Assembly: GCA_013239625.1 (NCBI GenBank)
Contig: MU055600.1
Span: 21,837,520 to 21,901,519 of the forward strand
Length of the DNA stretch: 64,000 bases
Reading direction: 5' to 3'
Source: Lama guanicoe
Taxonomy: Eukaryota
In this document: positions 1-12,180 of the stretch, piece after piece
How positions within the stretch are numbered: position 1 is the stretch's first letter
Layout of the letters: each line of letters opens with the position of its first letter
Position numbers and translations under genes: made by a program
The notes under the pieces: model-generated
The model's input: only the letters and a program-made list of their open reading frames with translations
The model's database searches: none
What the model was told of the DNA's origin: nothing

Positions 1-169
1 CCTTTCTTCTGCTGGGAATATTGACATTAAGACGTGGTGTGAGGTTGTGGTGGCCATCTAGTGACCGTGGGGAAATAAGGCCACGATGATAAGTGACAAA
101 GAGTGTAGCCAAAAAGAACAGAAGCTCAGGGCCAGGAGCGCCCACTGGCATTTGGAGTGGCAGAAACGG

Positions 170-690
170 TCTGTGTTGTTTTTACCCGCCTGGTGTCCAT
201 GTCCCCTTCTGGTAACGGTACCTAAATGTTCCTTCCGGGAGCCGCCCCACTCCCACTCTCCATTAATGCAGTTCCGCGGGGTTTACTCCACGGCTGGGTT
301 CCAGGAATGGAAACAGGAGCCAATGATGGTTAATGAGAGCATGACTGCAATAGGTCCAGGACGGGTATGAGACCGGTCCTTCGCTGGGACTTCTGTTGGG
401 ACTTTCAAGAGAGAAGTTTGCTTTTCCTGCAGTTGCTAAGCTGGTGGGATGTAAGCCTCGAGTTGATGGGGCTACTCCATGAAACTTACCGTCACCCACT
501 CCCTGGTGAAACTAACTCAGAGCGAAATAACAGATCAAAAGAGTCAGTAGAACCAGAAGAGAGAGAGGAGTACCAGCGTTGTTGACCGAAAGTCGCATTT
601 AGACTCCATCCCAGTGACATGAGCCAATAAATTCTTTCTCTTTCTTTTCTTTTTTTCTTAAGCCAATTTGAGATAAGCCTCATGACACAC
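170..690 (+). mobile_element. Ancient MaLR solo LTR (MLT1K-like)
   Basis: Ends in 'acatgagccaataaattc...ttcttaagccaatttgag', typical of MLT1K/L 3' ends; internal 'gctaagctggtgggatgtaagcct'. Family from recalled consensus. Confidence 0.6.
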
Positions 691-1324
691 GACAAAGAGT
701 CCTCATACAGATGGCTGGGGACTGCTACACAGAGGAAATGGCCATGAGCTGTGCTCTGAAGATGTATGGAAGTCTGGTGACAGAAGAGAGGAGGGCACTT
801 CTGGGTGGGGTGAACAGTGTAAATCTACGCTGGGAGTCCGTAGGTAGGACTGTCTGGTGGGACAAAAATTCACCTAGAGAGTAGGTGGATATAGGTTAGG
901 TCAGAATCAGATTACAGGTGACTTTGAAGGCCAGGTGAAGTCTGGGTTGATTCTGTAGCCAACTCTTTTAAGCAGAAGCCTCACCTGGTCAAATCAGCGT
1001 CCAGGGAAGATTAATCCAGTAGGATTTCACAGGGAAAGCTCAAGTGTGAAATGACGGGGGCAGATCCAAGCACGGAGTCTGCTCAAGACCAGATGCCCTA
1101 AACAGTAGGTGACCACTCAGCAGGGCCGAGCTGATCGGCGTTTAAATCACCAAGCAGTAAGGGAACTCTAGATGAAGTTCTGACCTAGAGACACAATGCG
1201 ATTAGTAAGTGCTTACAGTTAGTGCCGACACAGTGCCTATGACTGGTCCCGTATACATCCTCAGATATTTACCATAAGTCCAGCGTCCGCCAGGTGCTTG
1301 GCAACCAAATCCTAGTCCAGTTAG

Positions 1325-1600
1325 GTCCCTAGGAGTCAGGGAAGGCTTCCCCAAGGAAGTAACACTTAAAATGAGGCCTGAAGCAGCAGTAGGAGTTAGC
1401 ACGGTGAAGGGGTCGGTGCGTAGACCCTCAGGCAGAAGCATGCTGAGATCAGACGGGGTTTCTGCCGAAGATCTGACGACTGCAGTGTGGCTTTCCTCCA
1501 ACGGCATCGGAAGTCTGAAGAGGTGAGTAGGAAGCTGGATTATGCAGGGTCTTATGTGCTATGCAAAGGATTTGGAGCTTTATCCTAAGAGCAGCGTTAG
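1325..1600 (-). mobile_element. L2 LINE fragment
   Basis: 'gtcagggaaggcttccccaaggaagtaacacttaaaatgaggcctgaag...aaggatttggagctttatcctaagagc' matches antisense L2 3' region. Confidence 0.65.
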
Positions 1601-2154
1601 CATGTTTTTCTGAGACTGGTCAGTCCCACTCTCCGATGCAGCCACCACAAGGAGCCAGTGAAGGGACCAGCCTCGTGCACATTCCAGTGGGTGGTCACCA
1701 GATGGGGGGACTCTAAGGTTTGGGGGAAGCTCCTCTACTTTGAAAATTTCTCCCCTGCTTGCAACCTGATGTCTAGAATTTCCTGAACAGGGAATATCTG
1801 ATACAACAATGGAAGATCAAATATCAAACGCTAATTTCACCAGGAAGAGGAACGCTAAGGTGCCAACAGCTGACAACTGACCTTCCCTGAGAACAGGTTT
1901 GAGGTCACAGGCAGGTGGAGGCGAGGAGGAAGTCTGATCCGGAAAGCAGGAAGGAGGCGGGCTGCCGGGAGGGGAAAGCAGTGCACAAAGGAAGCCCCGG
2001 AGGCACCAGAGAGAGTACCTAGCACGCAGTATGCGCGGTGAATATTTGTAGGAAGAAATGGAATAAAGAAAGAAAGAGATCTCATAACGTTACCAAAACT
2101 TGACACCTATTTCAGGCAAGTAAATTGGCTCTTTTCTCCCGAGCCCACACTTAC

Positions 2155-2321
2155 CATGTTTTGGGGAAACCAGGCGCAAGGAAAGGAGAGGAGAGTTCGC
2201 AAACACATCCTCCGGAAGTCCTTCGGGTGCGTGGAGCACGGCTTGAGGTCTAGCTGGTTCCCGGGGACGCAAGGTCAGACAACGAGGAAGGCTTCCAGCT
2301 TTCCCCGGGAAGCCTGGGAAC
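2155..2321 (-). other. Candidate 167-nt exon of an unidentified (probably non-coding or UTR) minus-strand transcript
   Basis: Minus strand reads ctccgtctcccccccgttcccAG|GTTCCC...AAAACATG|GTAAGTG, a strong acceptor and consensus donor. No recognisable protein. Confidence 0.35.
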
Positions 2322-2530
2322 CTGGGAACGGGGGGGAGACGGAGCCCTGTCGGACAAGCAGGCAGGTGACCACGGCAGGCGCCGCATGTCTGGGCCTGCA
2401 AGGCCGGGGCCCGGCCCCCGGGCTGCGGGGCCCTGCGTCTCCGGGGCCTCGCTCAGAAAAGCCACTGCCCTGCCTCTGAACGTCTTTCGCAGCTCCTTGG
2501 ATGGGCTGCTCAGTAGCAACCGCCAGAGGT
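2155..2530. promoter_or_regulatory. CpG-rich promoter-like patch with ETS motif
   Basis: Local CpG clustering in non-repeat sequence (ggccggggcccggcccccgggctgcgggg) and a CCGGAAGT ETS site at about 2212-2219, in an otherwise CpG-poorer part of the window. Confidence 0.4.
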
Positions 2531-3063
2531 TTTGTTTAAACAGCCACATTGGGCTACTGTGCCCGGCCAAGACTCATCTGTACCCTTGGGCCTTAGTACA
2601 GATGTTGGGGCAGAAAAGTCTTGAGAAAAACTGCTTTTGGGTAGTGAAGGATGGTTCCTTTTTTCTTCCCCAAAGATACCCCCCCCATTTTCCTTGTGCA
2701 CATTTCAACTAAATATGTATTTTTTCTCCATATTCTTATAAGCCTCTGCTGCCAGGATGAAGATACTTCTGGAATAGCTTAGTAAACTCACTGTGTTAAT
2801 GGTAACTTGACCTTTCACTGATTTTAAATTAACCAACGAGGAAACAGTAAGTTGCCTTAATTAAAGCATTATCTTCATGGAAGATTGTTAGATAGGTAAG
2901 AAAGGGCTCCCTGAAAACCGGCACGTGCTCCAGGTTATAACGGCCCCGGCATTTTGAAGGAAGCTTGACAGAACGGTCTGGAGTTGAGTTTGGAGGTTGG
3001 ATATCTCTGCAAAATATGAGCCGTGTTCACAATGATCCCTTCCCCCAGTGTGTTCTAAAGGCG

Positions 3064-3077
3064 GTTTCCATGGCAAT
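3064..3077. promoter_or_regulatory. RFX X-box-like palindrome
   Basis: GTTTCCATGGCAAT versus consensus GTTGCCATGGCAAC. Confidence 0.4.
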
Positions 3078-3699
3078 CTACACTGTTTTGTCTAAATGAT
3101 CCTTTATGCCACCTTCCCCTCCATCTAGCTATTCGTGAAGCACCTATCACTTGAGCATCTCCTCTCTGAACAAGTGCCCAGGAGGGAAAAGAGAATATTT
3201 CTTGGAAGAAATGAAAGGCTGACACTTGTCAAGAAGAGCCCAATCTGTGAGGTTATGTAGGGCCTGAGCTTCTCTGCACAGCCTCCCTCGCAACCTGCCC
3301 CCGCTGGGATCCACCTTCTGCTCGGTGGTGCAAAGGCAGAAGCCCCGGTCCATGTCTGCTGTCGCTTCTGAGATGTCTTCACAGGAGGCCAGTCCTTTCT
3401 AGGCTTTGGACAGAATGATAAACTGGGGTCAGGGAGATGGGCCGGACTGAGAGGAGATGGCCCTTCAAAACACACACCTCCACGTGTAGCAGAGATGCTG
3501 CTGCTTGTACAGCAAAAACTCTCGTCTCCCCCGGCACGCAGGCAGGTTTCGTTTTCTAGGTGCGACTGGGTACCAAATCCAGCCAGCGATGAGGGCAGCA
3601 GCGATGAACACCACTTCCTGGCCAGGCCCTGAAATCTCCTGAGAGATCCTTTGCTGTCTCTCCTTCCTCATCTACCGGCTGGCTAGATACAGAGGAACC

Positions 3700-3856
3700 A
3701 GTTAAGGATTCCAAGGCCCTAGAGGATGGAGGGGCCACTGGATGGAGAAGCATGTCCTGAATCACTACGTGGTAGATGGTCAAACCTTGATGTGAATGAG
3801 AAATAAACCCGTTCTTTGTTAAAGCTACTATATTTGGGGTTGTTTGTCATAGCAGT
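3700..3856 (+). mobile_element. MLT1J-like LTR 3' part
   Basis: 'atgtgaatgagaaataaac...ttgttaaagctactatatttggggttgtttgtcatagcag' is the MLT1J-type terminus. Confidence 0.65.
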
Positions 3857-4585
3857 TGGCCTGGTCGATGAGTTGTGGCAGGTTTCTGGGCAGAATCAGC
3901 AACAGACAGCAGCAGGAAGTCCACGGAGGGAAATTAAGTGCAGCCGCCAGAGATGAACTGGACTGGACAGGGGCCAGGGGCCAGCTCAGGGCCCTTGGGG
4001 TGGTATCAGCCAACACAGCCTGCCGTTTGCGGAGCGTGGCAAGAGGGAGTCTTGGGATCCAATGGGCTGGGGCTCCCAATGGACTCCAGCCTCAGAGGGT
4101 GCAGCTGGCACAGTGCGAGACAGGGCCTTCATCCCAGGGACTGTAGTGAAGCGTTTAGGAAGGAGTCAGGCAGGGCAGGGCTTCAAGCAGAAGTGAAAGA
4201 CATAGAGCTGGTGACCAGGAAGGCAGCACAGCGTGGAGGCCTGGACGCTCGAGAGCAAGCTGAGGATTCCCTTCCAGGCCCAGAGACATGTCAGAGGGAC
4301 AGAAGTGGCGGCCACAACATGGCTGACTCCTTGTCAGTCTTCTAGGGCAATGGTTCTTGGGGAGCGGTCCGGTCAAGCACTGATAGGAGGGGACAAAGTG
4401 GCCTGACAGCCACAGAGGACAGCGGGGCAGGGAGAAATGGAGAAAAGCCCACCACACGGTAGATCAGGAAACCGGAGCTCAGGAAGTAAGACCAGAGTCA
4501 GGAGACCACTGTGGGCTCAGGTGAGAGATGGTTGCAGTAAGAGGTTAAAAGAGTAATCTGAGAAAAAGCAGCAAGAATGGAGCTT

Positions 4586-5092
4586 AAATCTTAACGTCCA
4601 TTGACAGGTGATTGAATAAAGAAGCTGTGGTATATATACACAGTGGAATACTACTCAGCCATGAAAAAGAATAAAATAATGCCATTTGCAGCAACATTGA
4701 TGGACCTAGAGATTGTCATTCTAAGTGAAGTAAGCCAGAAAGAGAAAGAAAAATGCCATATGAGATCACTTATATGTGGAATCTAAAAAAAAAAAGACAC
4801 AAATGAACTTATTTACAAAACAGAAAGAGAGACCTAGGAAACAAACATAAGGTTACCAAAGGGGAAATGTCAGGCATTTGAGATTAGCAGATACAAACTA
4901 CTGTATCCAGAATAGGCATACAAGAAGGTCCTACTGTACAGCACAGGGAACTACATTTAATGTCTTGTAATGACCTGTAATGAAAAAGACTATGAAAAGG
5001 AATATATATATGTGTGTACAACTGAATCACTATGGTGTGTAACAGAAGCTAGCACAACATCGTAAATCAAGTATACTTTGATTAACAAGCAA
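4586..5092 (+). mobile_element. 5'-truncated L1 (camelid/cetartiodactyl type), ORF2 end plus 3' UTR
   Basis: 'gccatttgcagcaacattgatggacctagagattgtcattctaagtgaagtaagccagaaagagaaagaaaaatgcc...'; decayed TSD aagaatggagctt (4573-4585) / aagaatagagttc (5093-5105). Confidence 0.92.
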
Positions 5093-6079
5093 AAGAATAG
5101 AGTTCAGTGATCAGTCAGTTGCCTTCTAATCCCAGGTCAGGCAGACGTCAAGGACGGTAACAGGAGCGACTTGGGAAGGGGCACGATGAGCCAGGAAGTC
5201 CGGCAGTACCCACACCAGGCAACAAGGGAAGGAAACCAGTCAGCACAAGCAGGCACCCTCATTTCTCCCTTGCGGCCCTACGAACAAACCGTGCCAATGT
5301 GCTGGTGAGGTCTGGCTTTCCCGAACATCACTGTAGCCCACATGCTGCCACACAGAGAACCAGCACTCATCTCATTCAGCTGGTAGGAGGTGGAATTATC
5401 ACTCTAGCTGCAGGCACTGGACAGTCGCCTGTTACTTAGACACTCACAAAAGAGCTTTTACAGGCAACGAACTATGAGACTGTTAACATTTACGTTCTGC
5501 CCTCTGCCTAGGAGTTTGGCTTCCCGTCTGGGGAGAATACGGGTTCTGCAGTTGTTCGTTATGGGCCACACTCTGTTTCATTGGGAGAAGTGGTTAGCAG
5601 CATCTTGGATAATTAAGCTCTCATCCAGATACCAGGGGAGCTCAGAATGACCAGAGGTGGTACAGGCACATTGAACAAACGGTTAGTTGAACCTGGGATT
5701 CTGTCTCTGGCGAAGAGTGGTGGATTGGCTTCCCCACGAGACTCTCACTGCGGGCTGACTGTCAAACGTAGGAAGGAAGTCCACAACATTCTTTCAAATA
5801 AGAGAGACACAGCCTTTTGTTTTCTAAGCTGAAATCAAATAATAATAATAGTAGTAATATAATAATTTAAAACTTCTCTGAGAAAGAACTGTCTTAAAGG
5901 TGATAGATAATCTCAATTACACTATAGTGTAAGTGACTGCTATCAGGCACATTCCAGAGTAGAGTTTGATTGTGGAAAGGCAGAGAGCAGGGTCTCAGAA
6001 GTGGGAGCAAAGTGGGATTGTGAGGAAAGGAAAGCTCATAGAATGGGTGTGGCTAGGGTTGCTGCTTGATACTCCTTCA

Positions 6080-6490
6080 CAATGTGACCTCAACTTACTG
6101 CTCCAGCCTCCTCCCCTGCCCATCTATCCCTTTCACACCTGTTCTCCAACACCAACCAGATATCTACCTTCCTCAAGACACATCGTGTCCTTTCGCGTCC
6201 CACTTGCTCCCATGGGTATTCCCCGGCTTCGGACTTTCCCAGCCACGGTCTCTGCCTGGACAGCCCTTACCTCTCCCTCCAAGTCCAGGCTAGATGCTGT
6301 CCCCCCTGTGAAGCCTGCCCGTCTCCCAGGCAGTGCCTGTTGCTGCTTCCTCTGTGTCCCGTCGCACTTTGGTCAGCTGTCTTTAGCTCTGGTTATGTTA
6401 GATTTCTTTTCCTCTAGGCTGTGAGACCCTCAAAAGTACAGGGACCATTGTTAACTTGTCTCTGGATCCTGTGTCCTGCACAGGACCAGG
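6080..6490 (+). mobile_element. L2 LINE 3' fragment
   Basis: 'ctctgcctggacagccctt...ccccctgtgaagcctgccc...ctaggctgtgagaccctcaaaagtacagggacc' typical L2 3' region. Confidence 0.6.
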
Positions 6491-6896
6491 CACTGCTGCT
6501 TCTCAGTCCATGGTTGCTGGATCAGGAAAAATTTTTCTACTTCCCAACTTCTCCCAGAGTCCAGCTCTTCCCTCAGCCTCTACCCTGTGCCCTTAGCTCT
6601 CCCCTGGTCTCTCCAATCTCAGTTTTCTCACTGATGAATTGGAAGTAAATACAATTAGGTGTTGTGAGGGTGGATGAAGAGAGAAGTAAACTCGAAGTAG
6701 GAACAATTGAAGAATCACGGCAACCTGAAAGGACTGTCTACGCGGCTTCGCTCTGAAAAGGACCTAAAATAAAATGCTGATTCATTAAAAAAAACAGTCC
6801 TCTACTGAGTACCAATTATGCTTCTGATGCTGGACTGGAAGCTAGCTTTTACCTTACTTTTAATGGAATTTATATACATTTTCCATTTCCACCTTC

Positions 6897-7003
6897 TGTT
6901 TTAAAAAGTTAAGGTGCAATTGATGTACAACATTGTATTAGTTCCATGTTTAGAACACAATGGTTCAATATTTCTATATACCACAGAACAGTCACCACAA
7001 TAG
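6897..7003 (-). mobile_element. L1 3'-terminal fragment
   Basis: 'ttaaggtgcaattgatgtacaacattgtattagtt...acaatggttcaatatttctatatacc...gtcaccacaatag' is the reverse complement of an L1 3' end. Confidence 0.7.
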
Positions 7004-7299
7004 CATTTCAATTTTCTGAGAACAGGCAAGACCAAAATGTTCCATCCACTAGAAGACATTGCTCTCCTTGGCACCACCCTGATGAGGCTTCATGTTTGAA
7101 TCAGCCTATCCGCTAAATTAATGACCAATTAATTCAGAAAGATAAAACCTAGAGCCAAAGGCAGCTTGACGAAGCAGAAGGAGCTCAAATCCAAGAGAAC
7201 TGGTTCTAGTCCCTGCTCTGCCCTCAGGAAACGTGTACCAATTATTTGTCTGTGTCACCTTTCAAATGAAGAGGGCTTGGCAGACTATCTTTTCCAATC

Positions 7300-7820
7300 A
7301 GGACCACACCACTATTTCCTACTCCACGTTCTCTTCTTATAGTGTGGCATCGATTCCAATCCCATCTTGTTCTCTCCCCTGATCGTGGGTGAAAGTCTGG
7401 ATGGCTTCAACCAACAGAATCTAGCAGAAGCAACACTGTGTGACGTAAGAGTCTAGATGATGAAAGAGTCGTGAAATCCCGTCTTGCTCTTGGAACACCA
7501 GCTCCTTGAACTGCACCTCCATCGTATGAGGAAGCATAAATTAGCCCCCATGACAAGACCACAGAGAAAGCCCACACGTAGGTGTCCCAGTCAACAGACA
7601 GACCTGTGAGTGGAGACACATCCAGGGGAGTCTAGCCCTTGGTTATTGAGTCACCGCGTCTTCCCAGCTGAGGTCCCGGACATCATGGAGCTGAGAAGGC
7701 ATTTCCTGCTCATGCTCTGAAATTCTGACCCACAGAATCCGTGAACATGTTGAAATGGCTGCCTGATGCCATCCAGTTTGGGCTGGTTTGTTTGTTAGGC
7801 AGCAGTGGGAACTGGAAGTG
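7300..7820 (+). mobile_element. MLT1G/H-like solo LTR
   Basis: 'ccaacagaatctagcagaagc...cccagctgaggtcccggacatcatggagctgag...aattctgacccacagaatccgtgaac...gtttgggctggtttgtttgttaggcagcagtgggaactggaa'. Confidence 0.75.
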
Positions 7821-9179
7821 ATGGTAGTATCTGTTTTGGCTACTTTAACAACGTTGTGAAGATTAAATGAGATTAGTGTGTAAGATCATGCTCTGCACGT
7901 TCAAAATTAGCCTACAAAGGAAATTCAGTAACCTCATGTGAAGCAGCTGTGCCTGGCTTGCCCGGCTCCCCACCGCCCTGGAACCATAAGACCTTAAGGA
8001 ACCCAGTTTGAAAACCACCATTCTCGCGCAACCCATTCACTCTATGATGAGAAGACATAGGCCTAGAGTGATTCGTCCAAAATCACACATTGGCGATGTG
8101 CTTGTTACAATTTGTCACGCTGCCTCCAAAAAGAGAGCTGTTTCAGGTAGGCCGATCCTCGTCTGAGAGCCAGGAAGTTGCAAGCAGGGACAAGCAAGAT
8201 TACTGGGCGATATTTCCACCAGGCACTTTGAGCTGTTACCCAAACACGCCGGAGACAAGCCTATTTCGTTTCCCTCAGCCCCTCCCTGCTCCTCTCCCAC
8301 TCAGGCCTGGTAGCATAGATCATTTCTTTGGGCAAAACAGAAAGATGGAGCCACGTGTTCCACGCGGAGCTCTGCAGGCTGTCGGCTCCGTGATGAATGG
8401 AGATCTGAGCTCATGCAGAGGTCTGCCTGGTCTGGGTGGAGCTCTGTTTGATCGCCGGTCGTTGGTATTCACGGAGAGTTCCTAATTGTCACTTGGTGAT
8501 GGAGGCTGCACCGTGGTGAGTGCGGGGGTGCCTGTCTCTGGTACTAACCTTTAAGTTGCCTGAGAGCGCTGAGGGTGAAGGCAGGCTGGGGTTCTGATCA
8601 AGTTACACTGAAGGCACTGACTCTCCTACTCAGCTAAGGTCCCAACTACTTCAATGGAAGGAAAAAACAACCCCCAAACCAAACCAACCAGATGAAGGAG
8701 AAAACCACTGACCCGCGTGCAGCCGCGTCTCCCCACCTGATGCGGTTCGTTCCTGCACCCGGGGAGGCCCGGGGTACCGACGAGGGGTCCCTGACATCCC
8801 GAAAGCCACAGAGTCATACACCACTGAGTCTGAGAAAGGCTATGGTGCCCGTCTCCTGAAAGAAGGGTGCCGTCCATTTAGGATTCATGGCTCTGAGGAA
8901 GGCGATTTGTCTAAATGGCTACAGAGAACGTTAATGGGACACTTTAGTGTTTCCGATCCAGTGGGAGCCACGGAGCTGGGCGCTTTGCGTGGGAACCCAG
9001 GAAGACCCGGTTTAAATGGACTTTCAAAAAAGTCGAAGGATGTGGTCATTGCCGAGCAATCACCGGGTGGGGATATCAGTGTCTGCGTGCTCAGCGCAGG
9101 GATAATGAAGTGTCTTCAGAGACAAAGCGAGATGTTTACTGTAGTGTTTCACGGCAGAGTATGGGGGTTTTATTTTAAA

Positions 9180-9740
9180 TTTTAAATTAAAAATTTAAAG
9201 ATATTAATAACAAGCGTTTTTATTACTATAGAAGTGCATGCTGACTGAATAAAACTTGAACGGATACAGAAAAGTCTGCAGAAAGGATTGTCACCCATGG
9301 TCTCACTCTGCAATGAGGACCACAGTAAGCAGGCCGGGAGTCTTCCCTTCCAGCCTTTTTTCTGTGTGTATGTGTGTGTGTGTGTGTGCATCTTCACACA
9401 CACACACACACAGACACACTCACACACAGGATTTTATGTTGTATGGATACATTGTTTAAGATTAAGAACTTTCGCATTGCAACGCTGCACTCTGCTTCTT
9501 GATTTAAAGTTATGTGACATCGCTTCACATCCTTCAAAAGTATGTTTCGCAGAAGCAACGTAACATTTAGTCGTACACACGTGCCATGATCTATTCAACA
9601 GCTCCCCTGATATTGGACATCTAGTTGCTTCCAACTTCCACACTGTCTCTGAAATTTTCTTTAGGTTAAATCCTAGGAGTGAGCTTTGTGGGTGAAAAGA
9701 TCTATACTTTTTTATCAGGCACTTGACACAAACTGCCTTG
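9180..9740 (-). mobile_element. Old L1ME/L1MC 3' fragment
   Basis: 'gtgccatgatctattcaacagctcccctgatattggacatctagttgcttccaac...aatcctaggagtgagctttgtgggtgaaaag' typical of antisense L1ME. Confidence 0.7.
9363..9428. repeat. (TG)n followed by (CA)n inverted microsatellite pair
   Basis: TG arm 9363-9388, spacer 'catctt', CA arm 9395-9428. Confidence 0.9.
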
Positions 9741-12144
9741 CACTTCCCAGGCACGAGTGAGCTCTGGGAGGTCAGCCCGACTCCACCCTTTCCCTGGCAT
9801 GAGCTAGGTGTGCCGCTCTCCGCACTGCTCCCGCCCGCAGTCCCACACTTCTGCCCTCCTGTTTACCTACTCCACACCTCCTGGGGCTTTGCTTACTCAG
9901 TGTTGCCTTGGCCCACACTCACCTTCCCCCTTTTCTCCCCTCCCACAAACCCCACCCATCTTCAGGGTTGAACTCTCTCCTCCCGCCCTGAGCCTTCCAG
10001 ACCACTCCATCCACCGGCTCCTCTCTGGAACTGCTCCGTATTTCACTGTCTTCACACCACTCCTCTGACAATTAATCACCGCTTACCAGCTGTATGACCT
10101 TCAGTAATCCCGGAAGCTTGTCGTGAGGATTTAAAGAGATCAAGCCTATAAAATAAATACCCATCACAGAGCGGGGCACTCTGCAGGTGAGCCGCGAACG
10201 GAAGTTGCGACCGTTGTCACGGCCAGTTTGCCGTGGGACGCTTCTTCTGGTTGATGTCACAGTCACGTACATCCTCTTCCACCGCTGTTTAGCTGTGTGG
10301 GAACCGGATCCCAAATCCCCTGAGGGCAGCTGCTCCCTGGCACCCAGAGCGGGACGATCACGGGGAATGTTGCTGCTGGGGACCACGTCGGGTCATCCAA
10401 GTCCCTCTCGCTTGCTTCCCCGGCACCTTTGGCTCCTTAGGCTCCTTAGATGACCGCAGAGCCCAGAGCTCTGAACGCTTCTGCCTCCTCACTGGAGCCC
10501 ACAGCAAGATCCAGCAGGAGGCAGTGGGCCAGGGCCAGTTTTGCACCTAATTTGACTGAGGAGTAGAAATGTGTGCATGCGCATTTCTGGGTTGGAAGGG
10601 AGTGCAGAGGTCTCCTTGTCTCTCGCACCCGTCTTTCAGATGTGGGGCGAGTATCTTGACCTGTGCCTGGGCTGACAGTTAGGAGGCTGGGCTCCGGCTC
10701 TACCATCTACAGGGCTCTGTGCCGTAGACCAGTCACCACCCTTTCTGGTTGCTTCATCTATAAAGTGAGACGGTTGGACCAAATGCCTTAAGTGCCTTCC
10801 AGCTAAATTTTAGGATTCTTTGAACCTGAAGCCCAGAAAGGTTAAGTAACTTTCCCTAAATTACAGAGAACAAAGAGGAGAATAAAAATCTGACTTAAGT
10901 TCCAGAGCTTTGCCAGTCGCTCTAGCCTAACTCGCCCACGACGGCGCTCACCTCGCGCCTTCCCTGGGCTGGACACCCAGCCCAAAGGATCGCAGACAGG
11001 CAAGAGTCAGGGCCCACATAGACACAAGCAGGAAGTCACTCGCCTGCTAGGTTGTTCCCGGCATCTGTTCGCCCCTTTCACTCACAAGTCAATAAAATCC
11101 CCAATTTTAACGTAGCCCCGCAGGATAATCTCACGCATGTGGCCGTGTGGTCCAGCTCAGACACTGCGATGTGGTCAGAGCTGTTGTGTGCGACTCCTGG
11201 GTCACTGGTCTCCCCATCTCACTTTCCCCTTTCCCACGGATGGGAATGTGGGCGTGGTGCCGAGCCGTTTTGGATCACGTGACCGAAGGCGCTCTGCTAC
11301 GGCTGAGCCACAGGATAGCAGGAGTCTGGGCCCCAGGTGCCCTGGGGACACCACAGACTGATTATGGTCGCACTGTTAGGGAAGACAGAAACGTATTTTG
11401 AGGTGCTAAACGAGGCAAAGCTGTTATCTTGGGTCTCTGTCACAGCTTCTAAACTCACAGGCTAACCAATATGCGTGCCAGTTGGGGGCCAAAGGTGCGC
11501 ACGGAATACGGGTGAGGGGCCATTCCTGGAAGCTGGGATGGTCAGGATCCGTACAGGTGGAGGGTGAGCTGGGTAGAAGCGGAGAACAGCCAGCCTAAGT
11601 GAGGTCCAGGGTGCTGAGCCAAGTCGCAGAAACGGGAGTATAGATGGAAGTTTGGAAAGAGACTGAAGAGAAGGTTTGTGAAAGATGAGGGTTTGGAACC
11701 AGATGATCATCACCCTCTGTTGGGAGTCTTGAGATCAGATTCCTGGGCAGCAGCCGCAAGCGTTATGGTCACAGCAAAGCAGAGATGGGGCCCCAGAGGC
11801 TGTGCCTCCAGTGATGCAAAGCGCTGGGTCTTGGATAAAATAAGCTAGAATGGGGCCAAGTCACGAAGAGCTTTACAATCCAAGCTGAGACTCTGCTGCT
11901 CCCCAAGACCATGCTTGGCACCCGCCCCCCAGACACCTTATCCTGTGCTTTTAAACTGCCAGGTAAGAGGAATTCTAAGGGCAAGTCCACACAGTGTCCT
12001 AGAAATAGGTCAGACCTGGGCTCTCATTCCAGCTCTGCCAGACCTCGTCGACCATGCAACCTGGGGCACGAGCCTCAGCTCTAGTCAGGAAGAATAGAGA
12101 AGATAGGCGCTGGTGCGGAGATGAGAGGGGAGGTGTGTGCACAG

Positions 12145-12180
12145 ACACCTAGCTCAGCCAAACACCTAGCTCAGCCAAAC
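12145..12180. repeat. 17-bp tandem duplication
   Basis: acacctagctcagccaa x2. Confidence 0.9.

Noticed and set aside
2170-2225. LRR-like peptide LPEDVFANSPLLSLRL on the minus strand
   Set aside because: Leucine spacing does not fit the LRR consensus and there is only one unit.
4080-5260. Possible ancient LTR78/79-like element interrupted by the L1
   Set aside because: Only a compositional impression; could not match diagnostic sequence with confidence.
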